Source of the DNA: Malacoraja senta
Taxonomy: Eukaryota
Assembly (NCBI GenBank): GCA_038087875.1
Contig: CM075988.1
Span: forward strand, 3,968,001-4,032,000
Reading direction: 5' to 3'
DNA length: 64,000 nucleotides
Shown: positions 1-13,412 of the stretch, one piece after another
Layout: each line of letters begins with the position of its first letter
Position numbering within the stretch: position 1 is the first letter of the stretch
The notes under the pieces: model-generated
The model's database searches: none
Seen by the model: only the letters and a program-made list of their open reading frames with translations
Told to the model about the DNA's origin: nothing
Translations under genes and position numbers: made by a program

Positions 1-89
1 ATCATTCATGTAAACCTCCTCTGGACCCTCTCCAATGCCAGCATATTCTCCCTTAATTATGGGGCCCAAAACTTGCTCACAAACATAGC

Positions 90-625
90 ACATAAAGCAG
101 TGCAGCACAGGAACAGGCCCTTCGGCCCACAATGTCTGTGCTGAACATAATGCCAAGCTAAACTAATCTCATCTTCAGTCCATGGTCCACTTCAGTCCAT
201 TCCTTGCATATGCACGTGGCTATCTAAAAAACCTCTTCAATGCCACTAACATATTTTCCCTCCACCACCACACTTGGCACATGGTCCAGGCCCCCACCAG
301 CTTCAATGCCAACATGTTGCCTTGTGTATAAACTTTAAACTGTGCCCCTCTGATCTGAAAGCTATAACCCCGGGAAAGAGGTTCTGACTGTTTACCCTAT
401 CTACAGTGTGCCTTTAATAGTTGTATATGTTCCTATCAGGTCTCCCTTCAACCTCTGGCATTACAGAAAGAACAATCCAAGCCTGTCCAACCTATCCTTG
501 TAGCTAAGGTTCCCTACTCCAGGCAGCATTGTGGTAAACCTCCACGGCACCCTTTCCTAAGCCTCCACATCCTTCCTGTAATGAGGTGACCAGAACTGCA
601 GACAATCTTCCGAATGCATCTGAAT
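90..625 (-). mobile_element. CR1/HER1-type LINE 3' fragment (degraded)
   Basis: Reverse strand ends in the GGGCCGAAGGGCCTGTT 3' tail and carries decayed ORF2 C-terminal sequence; 1-45 is a further ALERVQRRFT-encoding piece. Confidence 0.75.
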
Positions 626-640
626 CAAAGTGTCTTGTTT

Positions 641-915
641 TTGAGATACAGCACAGAAACAAGCCCTTTGACCCACTGAGTCCGTGCTGACCAGCGATCA
701 CCTCATACACTGGCACTTTACAATTTACAATTTACGGATGCCAACTAACCTTCAAACCTGTCCACGTTTGGAGTGCGGGAGGAAACCGGAGCACCCGGAC
801 AAAACCCACGTGGTTGCAGGGAGAGCGTACAAACTCCGTACAGACAGCACCCATAGTCTGGATCGAACCTGGGTCTCTGGCGCTGTACAGCAGCAACTCG
901 ACCGCTGCCCCACCA
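641..915 (-). mobile_element. HE1-type tRNA-derived SINE
   Basis: Reverse strand: A-box/B-box tRNA head (GGTTCGATCC), V-domain core (GGTTTCCTCCCGCACTCCAAA), CR1-like tail. Confidence 0.85.
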
Positions 916-1402
916 TTAAGCTGCAAAACGACTTCCTGATAAGTCTGGTCACGACCCGAAACGTCGCCTATTTCCTTCGCTCCATAAATGCTGCCTCACC
1001 CGCTGAGTTTCTCCAGCATTTTTGTCTACCTCCTGATCCTTATGCTCTATGGAGTGGAGAATTCTGCTCAACGGCACCACTCAAGACATTTCCCTCCATT
1101 TTAGTCTTAATTGGTTGACTCACATCAGGAGATGACAACGTCTCATTTTAAACTCTCATGTTGAGTGAATGAGCCTCTCACTGCAGCCCCTCAGGGCCAT
1201 TGCACATGTTCTAACTTTCTATGAGTTCACTTGACATTCTAAGTATAAATAAAACAAGAACATTTATCCCTCTCCCCTTCGTGGAATAGTCTCATCCCAG
1301 GATACACGCATTCCTCTAAGGCAATTATCTCCTTCCTTTACTAAGCAGAGCAATGCAATATTTCAAGTGTCATCTCACCAAAGCCCTGTATCATTACAAC
1401 AT

Positions 1403-1615
1403 CTGTGGAATTCTCTGCCTCAGAAGGCAGTGGAGGCCAATTCTCTAGATGCTTTCAAGAGAGAGTTAGAGCTCTTAAAGATAGTGGAGTCAGGGGATAT
1501 GGTGAGAAGGCAGGAACGGGGTACTGATTGTGGATGATCAGCCATGATCACATTGAATGGCGGTGCTGGCTCGAAGGGCCCGATGGCCTACTCCTGTACC
1601 TATTGTCTATTGTCT
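1403..1615 (+). mobile_element. CR1 LINE 3' end with (TATTGTC)n tail
   Basis: TGGAATTCTCTGCC...GAAGGGCCCGATGGCCTACTCCTG then tattgtctattgtc. Confidence 0.8.
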
Positions 1616-2392
1616 GACTACTCTTAAATTGCAAGGACTCTTGGAACATGCTTTTTTTTGCTATTCTAAATGCTTGCCCTACATGCCGGATGAATGGGTC
1701 TAGTGCACAGGGACTCTGAGCAACACCAGGATCTTTTCTAAAGCAAACTAGGGGACGAGCCCTTCAATTCACTGAGGCTGACTCAGCTGGAGAGAGTCCT
1801 TCTTGTTGGAGCTGGATCCCAAGTGCAGAGGACATCATGTGCGTAGGTCTACAGGTTTCTAGCATTCTGTTGCAAGGTCCATGGCCTTCCCTTACATCTG
1901 CCTGGTCCGTGAACCCATTTAGCAATGTGACATAAAAAACACAACACTGGTGTCAGAGGTTATGGGGAGAAGGCAGGAGAATGGGGTTAGGAGGAAGAGA
2001 CAGATCAGTCATGATTGAAGGGTGGAGTAGACCTGATGGGCCGAATGGCTTAATTCTACTCCTATTTCTTATGACCTTCTGATAGACGCAAAGTGCTGGA
2101 GTAACTCAGCAGTCGAGGCAGCAACTCTACCGCTGTGCCAACCGTGCCAACCTTAAAGGTGGATGATGGGGTTGGGAGGGTGGGCGGTTTGTGAGGTGGT
2201 GCGCCTGTTCTCCAGCACATGCAGGTTCCTGGGCTCTCCTGATGCACCGTCGCGAGGTTCTGAATACCATGCCTTGTCCTCCTTCTCCACTTTGAACCGT
2301 AATGGCCCACAGAATCCCTAGTGTCAGGGGAAGCACATCCTTCAATCTTTTCCTCTGACCTGGCCACTGGTAGCCAGTTCCAGCAGGTAGAG

Positions 2393-2722
2393 TTTTAGTT
2401 TAGTTTAGTTTAGTTTAGTTTAGTTTGGAGATACAGTGTGGAAACAGGCCCTTCGGCCCACCGAGTCCACACCGACCAGCGATCCCTGCACATCAACACT
2501 ACCCTACACACACTTGGGACAATTGTTTTTGCGCTTACACCAAGTATACAAACCCAAGCCAATTAACCTACAAACCTGTAAGTCTTTGGAGTGTGGGAGG
2601 AAACCGAATATCTTGGAGAAAACTCACAAAAGTACAAAATCCATAAAGACATCGCCGGTAGTCGGGATCAAACCCGGTGTAAGCGCTGTAAGGCAGCAAC
2701 TCTAACGCTGCACCACCGTGTT
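2393..2722 (-). mobile_element. HE1 SINE, near full length, (CTAAA)n tail
   Basis: tttag repeats 2394-2425, tail/core/head motifs on the reverse strand. Confidence 0.9.
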
Positions 2723-3801
2723 GTCCTCATACTGGGATGAATGCAAGATGAGCCATAACTAGAATAGACTGGTGATGGGTTGTGTAGGCTATGGACTTGG
2801 CGTATCTTTATAGGACAGTGAATGTTGATATGTTCATAAATGATTGGAGCAGAATTAGGCCATTCGGCCCATCAAGTCTCCTCTGCAATTCAATCATGGC
2901 TGATCTATCTCTCCCTCATATCCCCATTCTCCTGCCTTCACCCCTGACACTCGTACTAATCAAGAATCTATCCATCTCTGACTGTGTTCCCAGTAAAGGA
3001 CCAAACAGCTTGTTTCAGGCATGAAATCAGTGCCCAGCAGTTCGAAGAAGGGCCCCAATCCAAAACGTCACCCATCCATGTTCTTCATGGATTCTGTTTG
3101 ACCTGCTGAGTTACTCCAGCACTTTGTGCCTTTTTCTTTACCGAATCTGCGCCCGTGTGCCCCCTAAAGCTTCTAAAGCAGAAGGGCATCACCAACCCCA
3201 GTAACACCCACCCATACAACCCACCCACCCACCCACCCACTCATCACTAACCTCAGCAACAGCCACCCATACATGACTGCCAACAACATTCCACAAGCAT
3301 GACTGTGGAGCCGGGAGCTCCCGGTGAAACAGTCTCATCCACCCCTCCAAGTTCCAGGCTGAATTTAGCAAACTGCACGATCTGTGCAGAATGTCAGTGC
3401 ATACAACATCAAATCCAAATGCACCATGCTCAAAATACATAGACCTACCCGCTCGAATTTCTGGGCTATCCCTTAGGCTTTCTATAATTGTTGACAACAT
3501 TGTAAATGTCTTTATATCTAATGCATCCTTGTGCTGTGATGGGGGGTGAGCCGTGAACCGTCCTTGGTACATTCTCTCTCTAATAATCCCTAGGAGGCGC
3601 CAGGGGTTTAAGAACACATCTCAATCCGAAAATCTACAATCCATAGTGAAACACAATGTGCTGGAGTAACTCAGCGGGTCAGGCAGCATCACTGAAGAAA
3701 AAGGATGGGTGATGTTTTCAGACTGAAGAAGGGTTCCGACCTGAAACATTACCCATATTCTTTCTCCAGAGATGCTGCCTGATCTGCTGAGTTACTCCAG
3801 C

Positions 3802-3946
3802 AGATGCAGTATAATGTGGATAAATGTGAGGTTATCCGCTTTGGCGGCAAGAACGAGGAGGCAGATTATTATCTCAATGGTGTCAGATTAGGAAAAAGGG
3901 AAGTGCAACGAGACCTGGGTGTCCTTGTACACCAGTCACTGAAAGT
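3802..3946 (+). mobile_element. CR1 ORF2 (RT C-terminal) fragment
   Basis: Translates QMQYNVDKCEVIRFGGKNEEADYYLNGVRLGKREVQRDLGVLVHQSLKV, typical CR1 ORF2. Confidence 0.85.
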
Positions 3947-4748
3947 AAAAAGCAGGGCCTCATTCTGACAATCGAGGAAGTCCATGACAGATAAGTCAGT
4001 GTGGGAATGGGAGGGGGAGTTGAAGTATTTATTTAGCAAGCAGACTGAGCGGAGGTGTTCAGCGAAATGATTGAATGGGAATGGGAGTTAAAATAGCAAC
4101 CTAGTGATCCAGCAGGCCTTGGCGGACCGAACGCAAGCCTTTGGTGAAACAGTTACCTAGTTCATGCTTGGACTCACATTCTGTCCAGTACGATCATATC
4201 TTCCCTGACACATGGTGACCAGAATGTACTCACTACGCAAGTGTGTAGGAGGGAACTGCAGATGCTGGCTTACTCGGAAGATAGACACAAAATGCTGGAG
4301 TAACTCAGCGGGACAGGCAGCATCTTTGGAGAGAAGGAATGGGTGACGTTTCGGGTCGAGACCCTTCTTCGGAGCCTGAAGTAGTCCATGAATTGTGTGG
4401 TACACAATATCCATCAATTATCAATCAATATCAATCAATTATCAATCAATATCAGTTTTATTCGTCACTTGCACATAAAGTGCAAGTGAAATGAATTTGC
4501 CAGCAGCGGTACAATGAAAAAGAACACACAAAAACACAATAATTTTTTTTAACACAAACATCCACAGCTCAGACGTAACCACTTGCTGATGGCTTCTGTC
4601 CTTCAGCTACTAAACAAAGGATCCCTTATGTTTGTTTTAACCACCTGTTTCACCTGTCCCCGCTACATTTTCAGATCTGCAAACGTGCTGTCCAGGAATC
4701 TTCTGTTGGGTTTAGAGATTGTTTAGTGATACCGCGCGGATACAGGCC

Positions 4749-4842
4749 CGTAGCACAGGTGACCACGTAGCACAGGTGACCACGTAGCACAGGTGACCAC
4801 ATAGCACAGGTGACCACGTAGCACAGGTGACCACCTAGCACA
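4749..4842. repeat. 17-bp tandem repeat (CGTAGCACAGGTGACCA) x ~5.5
   Basis: Directly visible head-to-tail copies. Confidence 0.95.
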
Positions 4843-5019
4843 AGTCAACAGTCAGCTGTCTTGCATTCCTCTGCTGCTTAAACCATTCATTATTGTCTCT
4901 TTGCGATGCGTTGTTGGGATGTATATCTGGTCTTTGGTTTTCTCTTATCTGCTGCCCTGTCACTGTCTCTCCCCAAGCTGGACTTAGTTCAAGTCTGCTC
5001 AAAGCGCTGGCTGCATCCA

Positions 5020-5525
5020 CAGGATGTGTTGGCTCTGGAGAGGGTCCAGAGGAGGTTGTGTATGAATAATTCCAGGAATGTGTAGGTTAGCACTATGATG
5101 AGTGCTTGACAGCATTGGGCCTCTACTCGCTGGAGTTTAGAAGGTCGAGGGGGGACCTCATTGAAACTTACAGAATAATGAAAGGCAAAGATAGAGTGGA
5201 TGTGGAGAGGATGTTTCCACTGGTGGGAGAGCCTAGGACCAGAGGTCATAGGTCAGAAGTAAAGGGTGCTCTTTTAAAAAGGTGAGGAGGAACTTCTTTA
5301 GTCAGAGGGTAGTTAATCTGTGGAACTCATTGCCACAGAGGGCTGTGGAGGCCGTCAGCGGATATTATAAAGCAGAGATAGACAAATTCTTGATTAGAGC
5401 GGGTGTCAAGGGTTATGAGGAGAAGGCAGGATAATGGGATTAGGTGGCAGAGCAGCAATGATTGAATGGCGGAGTAGACACGATGGGCCGAATGGTCTAA
5501 TTCTACTCCTATAACTTGTGAACTT
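5020..5525 (+). mobile_element. CR1/HER1 LINE 3' fragment
   Basis: Encodes ALERVQRR...LGLYSLEFRR..GDLIETYRIMKG; 3' UTR with GGGCCGAATGG. Confidence 0.85.
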
Positions 5526-6847
5526 GTGGTTGTGTGGAAGATGCTTGAACATAGAGCCATGGTGTCATAGAGTCCTACAGCATGGAAACAGGACCTTCGG
5601 CCCAACTTTCTCATGCTGACCTACATGCCCCATCTACACTAGTCCTACCTTCCTGCAGTTGGCCCATATCCCTCCAAACCTATCCTATCCAGGTATCTGT
5701 TTAAATGCTTCTTAAACATTACGATAGTACCTGCCTCAACTACCTCCACCGGCAGCTTGTTCTATATACCCATCATCCTTTGTGTAAAAGAGTACACTAA
5801 TCTTTACTCATCTATAGAATGATCTGCTATTTTGTGACAGAGACCATGAGTGAGCAGTCGTTTGTCAGTTGTTTATATAGTACATGAGCTTAGTAATAAT
5901 GGGAGAGACACAACATTCTGGAGTAACTCTGCGGGACATAGAAACATAGAAAATAGGTGCAGGAGAAGGCCATTCAGCCCATCGAGCCAGCACCGCCATT
6001 CAATACGATAATGGCTGATCATCCAAAATCAGTACCCCCTTCTTGCATTCTCCCCATATCCCATGATTCCATTAGCTCCAAGGGCTCGATCTAACTCTGC
6101 CCTACAGGACAGGCAGCATCTCTGCAGAAAACGGGGCCAGTGTCGTGGGGATGAGTTTAACAATACCTGTTTGCAAGTCAACAGAATATCTCACAAGACA
6201 CGAAAGTAAATGTTACAGCTGGAACTTGAGTGTCACGGTGGTGCAGAGGTAGACCAACTGCCTTACAGCGCCAGGGACCCCGGTTCGATCCCAACTATGG
6301 GTGCTGTCTGTACGGAGTTTGTACGTTCACCCCATGACTTGCCTGGGTTTTCTCCGAGATCTTCGGTTTTCTCCCACACTCCAAAGACATGCAGGTATGT
6401 AGGTAAATTGAAGGTAGGCACAAAATGCTGGAGTAACTCAGCGGTACATACAGCATCTCTGGAGATAAGGAATGGGTGACGTTTCAGGTCGGGACCCTTC
6501 AGTCTGTCCTGCACCTATATTCTATGTTTCTAGGAATCTATCTATCTCTGCCTTCAAATTATGATGGTTCTGAGTTATACATATGTGAATGATAATGACC
6601 AGGGATTTATCCCTCTACCATCAATTAGAATACTTTCTGATTCAACTACTCCATCTGGAACTGATGGCTACAATGCTGAGAACTATTCTCTGCACTCTGC
6701 ATTTTCCCCTTTGCTCTACCTACTGTACTTGAGTTCAACATGATTGTATTTACATAAAGTATTATTTGCTTTGTTTGGATAGCATGTAAAATAAAGCGTA
6801 TCACTGTACCTCAGTACATGTGACGATAATAAACCTAAACCTATTTA

Positions 6848-7030
6848 TTTTCTTAGACATTGGAACAACACAAGCTATTCTTCACTCCTCCGGGAACTCA
6901 CCTGTGGATAGAGAAGATACAGAGATCTTCATCAAAACTCCTGCAATCTCCCTTCTCGCCTCTTGTCAATAATCTGCGATAGATCCCATCACTTCCTGGG
7001 GACGTATCCACCTCAAGACACCGCACAGCA
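6848..7030 (-). mobile_element. CR1 RT N-terminal fragment (decayed)
   Basis: Reverse strand reads SPGSDGIY..LL..R.EIAGVLMKI..SSLSTGEFPEE*RIACVVPMSKK with a frameshift. Confidence 0.75.
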
Positions 7031-7189
7031 TCTCCTTCTTGTGCAGGAAGGAACTGCAGATGCTGGTTTACACCGAAGACAGACACAAAATGCTGGAGTA
7101 ACTCAGGCAGGCAGCATGTCTGGAGAGAAGGAATGGGTGACGTGTCGGGTCGAGACCGTTCTTCAGACCCGAGTCTGATGCCTCATCTG

Positions 7190-7610
7190 CTCTCGTTCTA
7201 CCAGTCTGTGTTTGGCCCATATCCTTCTAAACCTTTCCTATCCATGTATCTGTCCAAATGTCTTATAAATATTGTGATCATACCTGTGTCAACTACCTCC
7301 TCTGACAGCTTATTCCATATATCCACCACCCTCTGTGTGAACAAATTGCCCCATATTTTCCTGTTAAATATTTCTACTCTCACTTTAAAACAATGTCCTC
7401 TTTGTCGTGATTCACCGACTCTGGGTAGAAGGCTGTGTGTATTTACCTTATCTATTCCCCTCATGATTTCATACATCTCTACAAGATCACCCCGCATCCT
7501 CCTGTGCTCCAAGAAATAAAGTCCGAGTCTACTCAACCTCTCCCTATAGCTCAGGCCCTCGAGTCCTGGCAACATGGTTGTAAATTGTCTCTGTACCCTT
7601 TCCAGCTTAA
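7190..7610 (-). mobile_element. CR1/HER1 LINE ORF2 C-terminal fragment
   Basis: ORF 7198-7635: LERVQRQFTTMLPGLEGLSYRERLSRLGLY...GDL...WNKL. Confidence 0.9.
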
Positions 7611-8445
7611 TATCGCCCTTCATAGAGCCATACAACTGAACACAATAAATACTTCAAATGTATTCTCACCAAATGTCTTGTACAACTGTAACATTGTTTT
7701 GTATGATTTTCTTTATCATCGATACTTTTTTACATATCATCCATTCATCTGTTCTATATCTCTCCACATCACCATCTATATCTCTCATTTTCCTTTCCCC
7801 CGACTCTCAGTCAGAAGTGTCTCGACTCGACACGTCACCTGTTCGTTTGCTCCAGAGATGCTGCCTGACCCGCTGATTTACTCCAGCATTTTGTGTCTAT
7901 CTTTGGTTTGAACCAGCATCTGCAGTTCCTTCCCACACACTCCGCTGATCAGCAACCTCTGAGGCCTGTGGAGGTCACTGTACCATTGGACCGTGCGCGA
8001 GATCCACGCGGCCTAATCATTGTTGCTTGTGGACTCTTGCTGTGCCTGCCTGGTTTCCTATCTACAACAATGACCTCACTTTATTGGCTGGGAAGTCATA
8101 GAGTCCCACGGCACGGAAACAGGCCCTTCGACCCAACATGCCCATGCTGACCAACATGCCCAATCTGCACTAGTCCCAACTGCCGGCCTTTGGCCTATAT
8201 CCTTCTAAACCTGTCCCATCCATGTACCTCTTTAACATTGCCATAGTACCTGCTTCAACTACTTCCTCCAGCAGTTCCTTCCATACACCTACCACCACTT
8301 GTGTAAAAAAGTTTCCCCTTGTGTTCCTATTAAATGTTTCCCTCCTCATCTGAAACCTATGTCTGGTGTTTGATTCCCTTTACTCTGGGTAAAAGGCTGT
8401 GCATTTAGCCGATTTATTCCAATCACGATCTTCTACACTTGCATC

Positions 8446-8715
8446 AGGGTGGCGCAGCAGTAGAGTTGCTGCCTTACGGCACCAGAGACCCGGGTTCGAT
8501 CCTGAATACCAGTGCTGTCTACCTTCTCCCCGTGCCCTCTGGTTTCCATCCATGCTCCAAAGACGTACAGGTTTGTCGGCTAATTGGCTTGGTAAAATTG
8601 TAAATTGTCCCCTAGTGCTCGGAGGATAGTGTTAGTGTGCGGGGGTCGCTGGTCGGCGTGGACTCCGTGGGCTGAAGGGCCTTATTCTGCGCTGCATCTC
8701 TAAACTAAACTAAAC
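8446..8715 (+). mobile_element. HE1 SINE nested in a reverse CR1 fragment (approx. 8095-8855)
   Basis: TGGCGCAGCAG A-box, GGTTCGATCC B-box, taaac tail; CR1 sequence resumes at 8716. Confidence 0.85.
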
Positions 8716-10694
8716 TCTATAAGATCATCCCACATCCTCCTGCTCTCCAATGAATAAAGTCCTAGCCTCCTCAACCACTCCCTCTAGCTCAGACCCTCGA
8801 GTCCTACTTACATCCTTGTAAATCTTTTCTGTACTTTTACCAGCTTAACAACATCAAACGTCCTTCTGGAGCCCCTTGTGAAATGAGCTGAGAAGCACTT
8901 GTCTTCATGCATTCTGCATTAGCCAGGAGACTGATGTGGCTGTCACTTCATTGATTGTCACAGTGCCGTGCATGCAGTGTCTCTCCGCTCATTGTATGCA
9001 AGCCTGACTCACTGTGGAAACTGTCGCTGGCTCCCATTGTCACTCGCTACCCCTCTCACTCTAATCGCGGCAGCGTGGCGATCGCCAACCTTGACCTCCT
9101 TGTTATCCGCTTGTCTCTACCTGAGCGAGCAATGCCGTCTCACTGCTTAGCGCTGGGTTTCAGGCCAATTACACTGCAGAGATCTCCCTGTAATCCCCGC
9201 GGCCGGCCAGCCAGCGCTCGTGAATAATTACTACATCCTGACGACCGATTACTGGTGCTGTCGATGCATTGGGGATAGGTTCAATCAAGGGGCATCCATC
9301 AGTTGAGATGGATGTGGCAAGGGGGAAGTTGTGAACACTCTCTCATTATAAAGGACGTGATTATTTGTACCACTTTGTTGCAGCCCTCACAGATAGGAGG
9401 CTCTGGTGCTGCCTCACACCGCTGACTGATGGGTTGATGGGGAGCTCGGTGTGGTGCTTACTCCTGGCTGAGATTACAATGCGTTGTGTCTGGCTTTCCC
9501 ACCTGTACACTAAACAGCTCGCTCATGTGCCCTGGTTCTGAATTGAATGAAAAGTAATCAAAAGCAAGTCCCATTGTCGTTGTCACCGGCCTTCTCCCCG
9601 AATCCATGGATATGCCTTGTGCATTGAATTATAGTCACAGCATGGAAACAGGCCCTTCGGCCCAACGTGCCCATACCGGCCAACATGTCCCAGTTACACT
9701 AGTCTCACCTGCCCACGTTTGGCCCATATCCTTCCAAACCTGTACTATCCATGTAGCTGTCTAACTGTTTCTTAAACGTTAAGATACTCCCTGCCTCAAC
9801 TACCTGCTTGTTCCATACACCCACCACCATCTGTGTGAAAAGGTTGCCATTTAAATCTTACATAGACACAAAAAGCTGGAGTAACAGGCAGCATCTCTGG
9901 AGAGAAGGAATGGATGACATTTCGGATCGCGACCCTTCTTCAGACTCACGTTTTGGGTCGAGACACTTCTTCAGATTTCAGACTTCTTCAGACTTCCTAT
10001 TAAATCTTTTCCCCTTTACCTTTAACCTATGTCCTCTGGTTCTCGACACCCTCTCTGGTCAAGAGACTCTGTGCATCTACCCGATCTATTCCTCTCATGA
10101 TTTTGCACACAATTAAAATGGGAATGGGCATTCGGGTGGCATTGAGAAGCCAGAGTCGGTGCCAGGGGAAGCCCAGCACTAAACAGAGGTAAGGACGTGC
10201 ACATTACCCACCCACCTGCTTCCACTGCCATCTCCTGCCCCCAGCTCTGGCAGGATCTGAGGCTCCTCCACATCATCCTCACCATCAGCTTCTGAACCAC
10301 AGACCCTCAGAAAGTCATCTTCCATCCCAAGGGAATACCTCAAACTTTCAAGAGAGAGATAGATTTAGCTCTTAGGGCTAACGGAACCAAGGGATGTGGG
10401 GAAAAAGCAGGAACGGGGTACTGATTTTGGATGATCAGCCATGATCATATTGAATAGTGGTGCTGGCTCGAAGGGCTGAATGGCCTACTCCTGCACATAT
10501 TTTCTATGTTTCTATGTTTTTATGTGTCTACTAGACAGTGGGATCCGTTGGGCCCCGTTCCCCCAATGCAATATTCCAGCAAACTTCGCAGGCGCGGCTG
10601 ACGGGTTCCCATGGTGACGCCAGAGATCCCGGTTGTGACGTGAATCACGTCAACCCTCCCCCAACTGCGCAGGCATGCCGGCAAGTGGGAACGC

Positions 10695-11290
10695 TATTCA
10701 GGCTAGGATTTTACTCCTTGGAGTGGAGGAGGCTGAGAGGTGATCTTATAGAGGTGTATAAAATGATGAGTGGGATAGGGTAGGGTGATTGCACATGGTC
10801 TTTCACTTAGGGTAGGGGTTTCAGGAACATACTGAAGGTTTAAGCTGAGAGGGGAAAGATTTAATAAGAGCCTGAGGGACAGAGGGTGGTGGGTACATAG
10901 AACGAGCTGCCAAAGGAGGTATGTGTATGAAGGAACTGCAGATGCTGGTTTAAACTGAAGATAGATACAAAAATCTGGAGTAACTCAGCGGGTCAGACAG
11001 CATCTTTGGAGAGAAGGAATAGGCGACAATTCAGGAAACGTCACCTATTCCTTTTCTCCAGAGATGCTGTCTGACCCGCTGAGTTACTCCAGCTTTTTGT
11101 GCCAAAGGAGGTAGTTGAGGCAGGTACAATACAACTTTTAAAAGACACTTGGACAGGTGCATGGATAGGAAAGGTTTAGAGGGATATGGGACAAACGCGA
11201 GCAAATGGGACCAGCTTTGATGGAGGCATTTGGGCTGGCATTGGTGGGTTGGGCCGAAGGGCCTGTGGCCCTTGCTGTATGGCTCTATGA
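10695..11290 (+). mobile_element. CR1 3' fragment interrupted by a fold-back Penelope pLTR unit
   Basis: LGFYSLEWRRLRGDLIEVYKMM; interrupted at 10922-11099. Confidence 0.85.
10922..11099. mobile_element. Fold-back Penelope pLTR mini-element with 14-bp TSD
   Basis: Inverted arms CTGGAGTAACTCAGCGGGTCAGACAGCATC / GATGCTGTCTGACCCGCTGAGTTACTCCAG; TGCCAAAGGAGGTA at 10908-10921 and 11100-11113. Confidence 0.8.
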
Positions 11291-11369
11291 ATAGAGAAGA
11301 AGAAACAGCACTACTTCCCTGGGTGAGATTGTGACCTGCGTTGTTAGAATCTGACATGATCCACCCTTA

Positions 11370-11655
11370 TTGCAGAGTAGGATAATCGAGGACCAGAAGA
11401 CATAGGTTCAAGGTGAAGGGGAAAAGATGTATTAGGAATCTGAGGGGTAACATTTTCACACAGAGGGTGGTGGGTGTCTGGAACAAGCTGCCAGAGGAGG
11501 TAGTTGAGGCTGGGACTATCCCAACGCTTAAGAAGCAGTTAGGCAGGTGCATGGATAGGACAAGTTTGGAGGAATATGGACCAGGCGCAGGCAGGTGGGA
11601 CTAGTGTAGCTGGGACATGTTGGCCAGTGTGGGCAGGTTGGGCCGAAGGGCCTGT
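11370..11655 (+). mobile_element. CR1/HER1 3' end
   Basis: FTQRVVGVWNKLPEEVVEAGT; GGGCCGAAGGGCCTG tail. Confidence 0.85.
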
Positions 11656-13156
11656 GATTATTATTTTGACTCTCTGAATCCCACTTAGTTTTCTTCATCA
11701 GGGTTAGACTTGGGTGACAACTGTTCCCCTGCTTCAAATGATTTGAAAGAGCCAAGATACATCTCATGTGTATGAAGGAACTGCAGATGTTAGTTTAATC
11801 TGTAGATAGAATCAAAAAGCTGGAGTACCTCAGCGGGCCAGGCAGCATCTCTGGATGGAAGGAAAGGGTGACGTTTCAGGTCGACCCTAAACATCGCCTC
11901 TTCCTTCTCTCCAGTGATGATGCCTGACCCGCTGAGTTACTCCAGCTTTTTGTGTCTATCTTCAAGCTCGATCTCAGTTCCATAGTGCTGCCACTGTCGA
12001 CTGCTGGCATTGGTTAGTCATGTGTTGCAGTGATGGAAAGGTGCAGCAAGGCAACAGGCCATTCGGCCCACCGAGTGCATGCCGACCATTCACACGGGTT
12101 CTATATTATCCCATCTTCTCATCCACTCCCTACGCACTAGGGGCAATTTCCAGACCTAGACCCAGTCGCACGCTGTTTATGGTTTATGGGTAACACGCGT
12201 TAGACAGCTCCCTCCGCTCCATCCCTGCAGTATGCTTTAATGCAATATGTTTCTCACCAAGCATGGCATATTCCATTTCTCACACCAGCTGCCCTTTTGA
12301 CCTCAATCAGCATGAGTGACGCGTTAGACTGAGCTCATGGATAGCCTGCACAGCGGACTGATCTGTCTGGGCACTCTGGCTGGTATTCACCTGATAAGCC
12401 ATTCTACCTGAACCAGATCCCACCGAGCATCCTTGCACGCACCTGTCACTTAGCCTCTGATCCTGACAGCCCTGTCCTGTCAAAGCCGTCAGAGGCAGGA
12501 GGCATTGACAAGCCCAACTATGTGGCATTAGTCTGTGAGGCACTGCGAAATGAAGGCACTCGCGTTTTATTGGTGCCTTCACCGATAGCATCCTCTCACC
12601 CGTCACTTCACACGCACTGCACTGCCGAGATGGGAGTGTTGCCACTGAATTATTCCCGAGGTTCAGTTAACTCTTTGCGGATGTGCGTGGGAAGGAAGTG
12701 CAGATTCCTGGTTCACACTGAAGATAGACACAAAATGCTGGAGTAACTCAGCGGGACAGGCAGCGTCTCTGGATAGCAGGAATGGTGGGCGTTTCGGGTC
12801 GAGACCCTTCTTCAGACTTCTTCAGACTCTGAAGAAGGGTCTCGACCCCAAACGTCACCCATTCCTTCCATCCAGAGATGCTGCCTGTCCCGCTGAGTTA
12901 CTCCAGCTTTTTGCCTCAACTATTTCCGGTTTGTGGTTTACCACCATTTCAGCTGGTGCGCTGATACAGATTGGACTTCCAATTTAGATTTGATTTGGTT
13001 TCCACTTTGAAGAGCAGATACTGGAGTCAGGAGAATGGCTGAGTTGAGAGGGGAGAGATAGCAAAGAATTATACACTCATGGATTAGTCAGAGATAAAGC
13101 ATCTTGTGATGGTTCACTGCAGTTTTCCTGAAAATGGTGCAGTTTTATTTCGTTTT

Positions 13157-13412
13157 TTTGAGATACAGCGCAAAACAGACCCTTCGGCCCCCCGAGTCCG
13201 CACCGACCAGCGATCCCCGCACATTAACACTATCCTACACAAGGGATCATTTTTACATTTATTCCAAGCCAATTAACCTACAAACCTGTACGTCTTTGGA
13301 GTGAAACCGAAGTTCTCGGCGAAAACCCTCGTAGGTCGCGGGGATAATGTCCAAACTGGCGGTCTCTGGTGCTGTAAGGCAGCAACTCTACCGCTGCGCC
13401 ACCATGCCACCC
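13157..13412 (-). mobile_element. HE1 SINE
   Basis: Head and tail motifs on the reverse strand, internal deletion. Confidence 0.8.

Noticed and set aside
3189..3617. 142-aa reverse ORF as a host exon
   Set aside because: No recognisable homology; ends in a (GGGT)n repeat
12720..12912. Fold-back pLTR units as DNA-transposon MITEs or miRNA genes
   Set aside because: Arms are Penelope pLTR sequence, asymmetric in length, with long variable TSDs rather than fixed 2-9 bp; no miRNA evidence from sequence alone
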